Position numbers and translations under genes: made by a program. Positions 61,648 to 64,000 of a DNA stretch of 64,000 nucleotides are shown piece after piece. This DNA comes from Alloprevotella sp. (lineage in GTDB: Bacteria > Bacteroidota > Bacteroidia > Bacteroidales > Bacteroidaceae): NCBI GenBank assembly GCA_045632745.1, contig JAZQXH010000067.1:4776-68775 (forward strand), read 5' to 3'. The notes under the pieces were generated by a model. The model saw nothing but the letters and a program-made list of their open reading frames with translations, searched no databases and had not been told where the DNA came from. Each line of letters starts with the position of its first letter. Positions within the stretch are counted from its first letter, which is position 1.

Positions 61648-62826
61648 TTACTTTTTGTTCTTGTTTTGCTTGCGAGGTCCAGGCATGAAGGGACTACGCT
61701 GTGCAGTCTGAGGACCGAAGTCGGGCGACTGGATTTCCATACTGAGGATGAAGGAGTCGCCTTCGTTGGCACCCGAAAGAATTTCGGTGCGAACACCATT
61801 GGTGACGCCTGTTTCTACGGCATAGGCCTTGATAGCATTGCCTTCGTGCTTCCATAACTTGTTGTTGCCTTCGCAGTCCTCGATAACGCAGTCTTCGCCC
61901 AGTACTTCAGCGTTGGGCACGAAGCGGAGCGCCTTGGTGGGAACGGACAGCACGTCGGCAATTTCCATGGTGAAGATGGTGACGTTGGCAGTAAGTCCGG
62001 GCTTGAGTTTGAGTTCGGCATTGGGCGCTGCGATAACCACTTCGTAAGTTACGACGTTGTTTTCGATAGTAGCTTCCTGGCGCACCTGCGTGATGGTGCC
62101 CGAGAAAGTTTCGGCTGGGTAGGCGTCAACGTTGAATTCTACGCGCTGACCTTGCTTCACACCGCCTATGTCGGCTTCATCGACCTTAGCGATGACGCGC
62201 ATGTCGGTCAAGTCCTTCACGATGGTGAAGAGCGTTGGCGTGTTGAAGCTTGCAGCAACGGTTTGGCCCTCTTCGACAGCCTTGGAGAGGATGACACCAT
62301 CGATGGGCGAGGTGATAGTGGCGTAGCCAAGGTTTGTTTCGGCTTTGCGAACTGCCTCGCGTCGCATGTGGTAGGCAGCTTGTGCCTGGCTCAGTGCGAG
62401 GGCTGACTGCTGGAAAGCGTTGTCGCTGATGTCGCCTTGGGCATGGAGTGCCTTTTGCTTGTCGAAGAACCATTGCTGGTACTTGAGGTCGGACTCTGCG
62501 CTCTGCAAATTGTTTTGAGCACTGGAGAGTTCGCTTCCAAGGTTGACCTTGTCGAGCACAGCGATGACTTGCCCCTTGCGCACAATGTCGTTGTAGTCCA
62601 CAAAAATCTCATTGATGATGCCCGAAACCTGCGTACCCACTTCGACTGTTGTGACGGGTTCGATGGTGCCGGTGGCAGTGATGCTGCTGCTGATGGTGGC
62701 TTTCTCAACGCTGGTGTATTCGTAGGAGAACTGAATGGGGGCTTCGGATTTGTTGAAGAAGAAGAAGGCGACTACGCCAAGAACGATGACGGCGAGCGCT
62801 ATTTTTGAGGTCTTATTGAGTTTCAT
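61648..62826 (-). CDS. Efflux periplasmic adaptor (MacA-like)
   Basis: VEVGTQVSG, ITSPIDG, VDEADIG, LKPGLTA. Confidence 0.92.
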   Translation of the reverse strand: MKLNKTSKIALAVIVLGVVAFFFFNKSEAPIQFSYEYTSVEKATISSSITATGTIEPVTTVEVGTQVSGIINEIFVDYNDIVRKGQVIAVLDKVNLGSELSSAQNNLQSAESDLKYQQWFFDKQKALHAQGDISDNAFQQSALALSQAQAAYHMRREAVRKAETNLGYATITSPIDGVILSKAVEEGQTVAASFNTPTLFTIVKDLTDMRVIAKVDEADIGGVKQGQRVEFNVDAYPAETFSGTITQVRQEATIENNVVTYEVVIAAPNAELKLKPGLTANVTIFTMEIADVLSVPTKALRFVPNAEVLGEDCVIEDCEGNNKLWKHEGNAIKAYAVETGVTNGVRTEILSGANEGDSFILSMEIQSPDFGPQTAQRSPFMPGPRKQNKNKK

Positions 62827-62853
62827 AATGTCTTCTATATGTATAAATGAGTG

Positions 62854-64000
62854 TTAGATTTCGATTTTCTCTCCAGCATAGAATGCGAGCAAGGCTTTGT
62901 TGAGCAGCGCTGTGTACTTGTCCTGCAAGAGCGTTTGCTTCGCTTGGAGCAGTCGGCCGCGGCTGCTGAGCAGGTCGGTGATGTCCTTCTGACCCTGTTC
63001 GAACTGACGGTTTGTGTTGTCGTAGCTCAGTTGCAGACTTTCTACGTTGTCGGTGGCTGCAATGAACTTGTACTGACTGTTGGTGGCGTTGAGCCAACAG
63101 GTTTCGACTGTGTTGTAAATGTTTTTCTCCACATCAAGATGGTCGTATTGCGCCGTGAGTTGGTTGATTTTAGCGCGTTCGATGCTGCTCTTCGTGCGGC
63201 GTTTGTCGTAGATGGGGATTTGTACGCTGAGTCCTAAACTCATATTGAAATTGTACTTCATTTGTTGTCCCCACGTGCGTGTAGAGCCCGACATGTAGCT
63301 ATCGCCCAGGTTGCCCTGAAGATTGATGGTGGGCAGATAACCGGCCTTGGCTTTCTTCACTGCCAGGTCGGCGCGCTCCAGACTGATGAGGCTTGACTTC
63401 ATCTGTGGGAGTTGGCTCAGTGCCGCTTGGTAGGCTTCGGACTTGGCGGGGATGGCGGTAAAGACTTTTGCGTCGTCAACATACATGGGTGCTATTGTGA
63501 GCGCTTCGTCGGGGCCTAATTCGAGTACTTGCTTGAGTGAAAGCTCTATGTTGCGGATTTGTGTTTCGGCGTTCACAACGTCGTAGCGTCCCTGGCTGAG
63601 CTGCGCACGCAGTTGGGCGAGGTCAGAGCGCGAGATTTGTCCGTTGTTGAACATACGCTCGCCGCGTTCGTAAACGATGGAGTCGTGGTGGAGAAGTTCT
63701 TTGTTTACGGCGAGGGCTTCGCGCATGTAGAGAATCTGAACGTAGAGTTGTGCCACCTGCTCCTGGATAGAGTTGGCTTTTTGAGCCGTAGCGTGGATGG
63801 CTTGTTCCATAGCGAGTTTGCTGTCCTTGATATTTAAGGAGCGCTGTCCGCCGTTCCATACAGTCCACGAAGCGCTGACACCGTAGGAACCGCTCCATGT
63901 AGTTTTGTCAGAGGCTGTGGATGTGATGCCCCCGTTGACAAAACTCGTTGCGTCCTGCTGGAAGGGGCGATGTTGCATGTTCTGAGAAAGACTGGCGCTC
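62854..64000 (-). CDS. TolC family outer membrane protein (5' part outside the window)
   Basis: AKAGYLPTINL, LSVQIPIYD; upstream of the adaptor gene. Confidence 0.88.
   Translation of the reverse strand, partial: SASLSQNMQHRPFQQDATSFVNGGITSTASDKTTWSGSYGVSASWTVWNGGQRSLNIKDSKLAMEQAIHATAQKANSIQEQVAQLYVQILYMREALAVNKELLHHDSIVYERGERMFNNGQISRSDLAQLRAQLSQGRYDVVNAETQIRNIELSLKQVLELGPDEALTIAPMYVDDAKVFTAIPAKSEAYQAALSQLPQMKSSLISLERADLAVKKAKAGYLPTINLQGNLGDSYMSGSTRTWGQQMKYNFNMSLGLSVQIPIYDKRRTKSSIERAKINQLTAQYDHLDVEKNIYNTVETCWLNATNSQYKFIAATDNVESLQLSYDNTNRQFEQGQKDITDLLSSRGRLLQAKQTLLQDKYTALLNKALLAFYAGEKIEI

Overview
Chromosomal window from a Bacteroidales bacterium (Prevotellaceae-like, inferred from gene families, synteny such as bamD-rpoZ-DUF4293 and recF-DUF721, and TTTG-N20-TAnnTTTG promoters). 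About 50 mostly housekeeping genes (ruvC, rlmD, murB, pheS, metH, recF, ribH, valS, lysA, lysC, tgt, bamD, rpoZ, ssb, rho, rarA), tRNA-Tyr(GTA), tRNA-Thr(CGT), one intact IS4-family element with TIRs and a 9-bp target duplication, two FGE-sulfatase (C-type-lectin fold) lipoproteins, and a TolC/MFP/ABC exporter with a LytS/LytTR pair. The unusual material is intergenic. (1) A family of modular repeat elements: 7-mer and 8-mer tandem tracts whose strand polarity flips at a palindromic core CCATCCGGATGG, often bounded by a ~23-bp inverted end motif. (2) Three copies of a ~450-bp unit: promoter, immediate terminator, 21-bp repeat array whose sequence differs between copies, AT-rich tract, hairpin. 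(3) An 894-aa lipoprotein whose C-terminus has the codon signature of a DGR variable region, with no RT or template in the window. (4) A second FGE-sulfatase gene bracketed by ~120-bp inverted repeats. All calls are by eye; no database searches were run.
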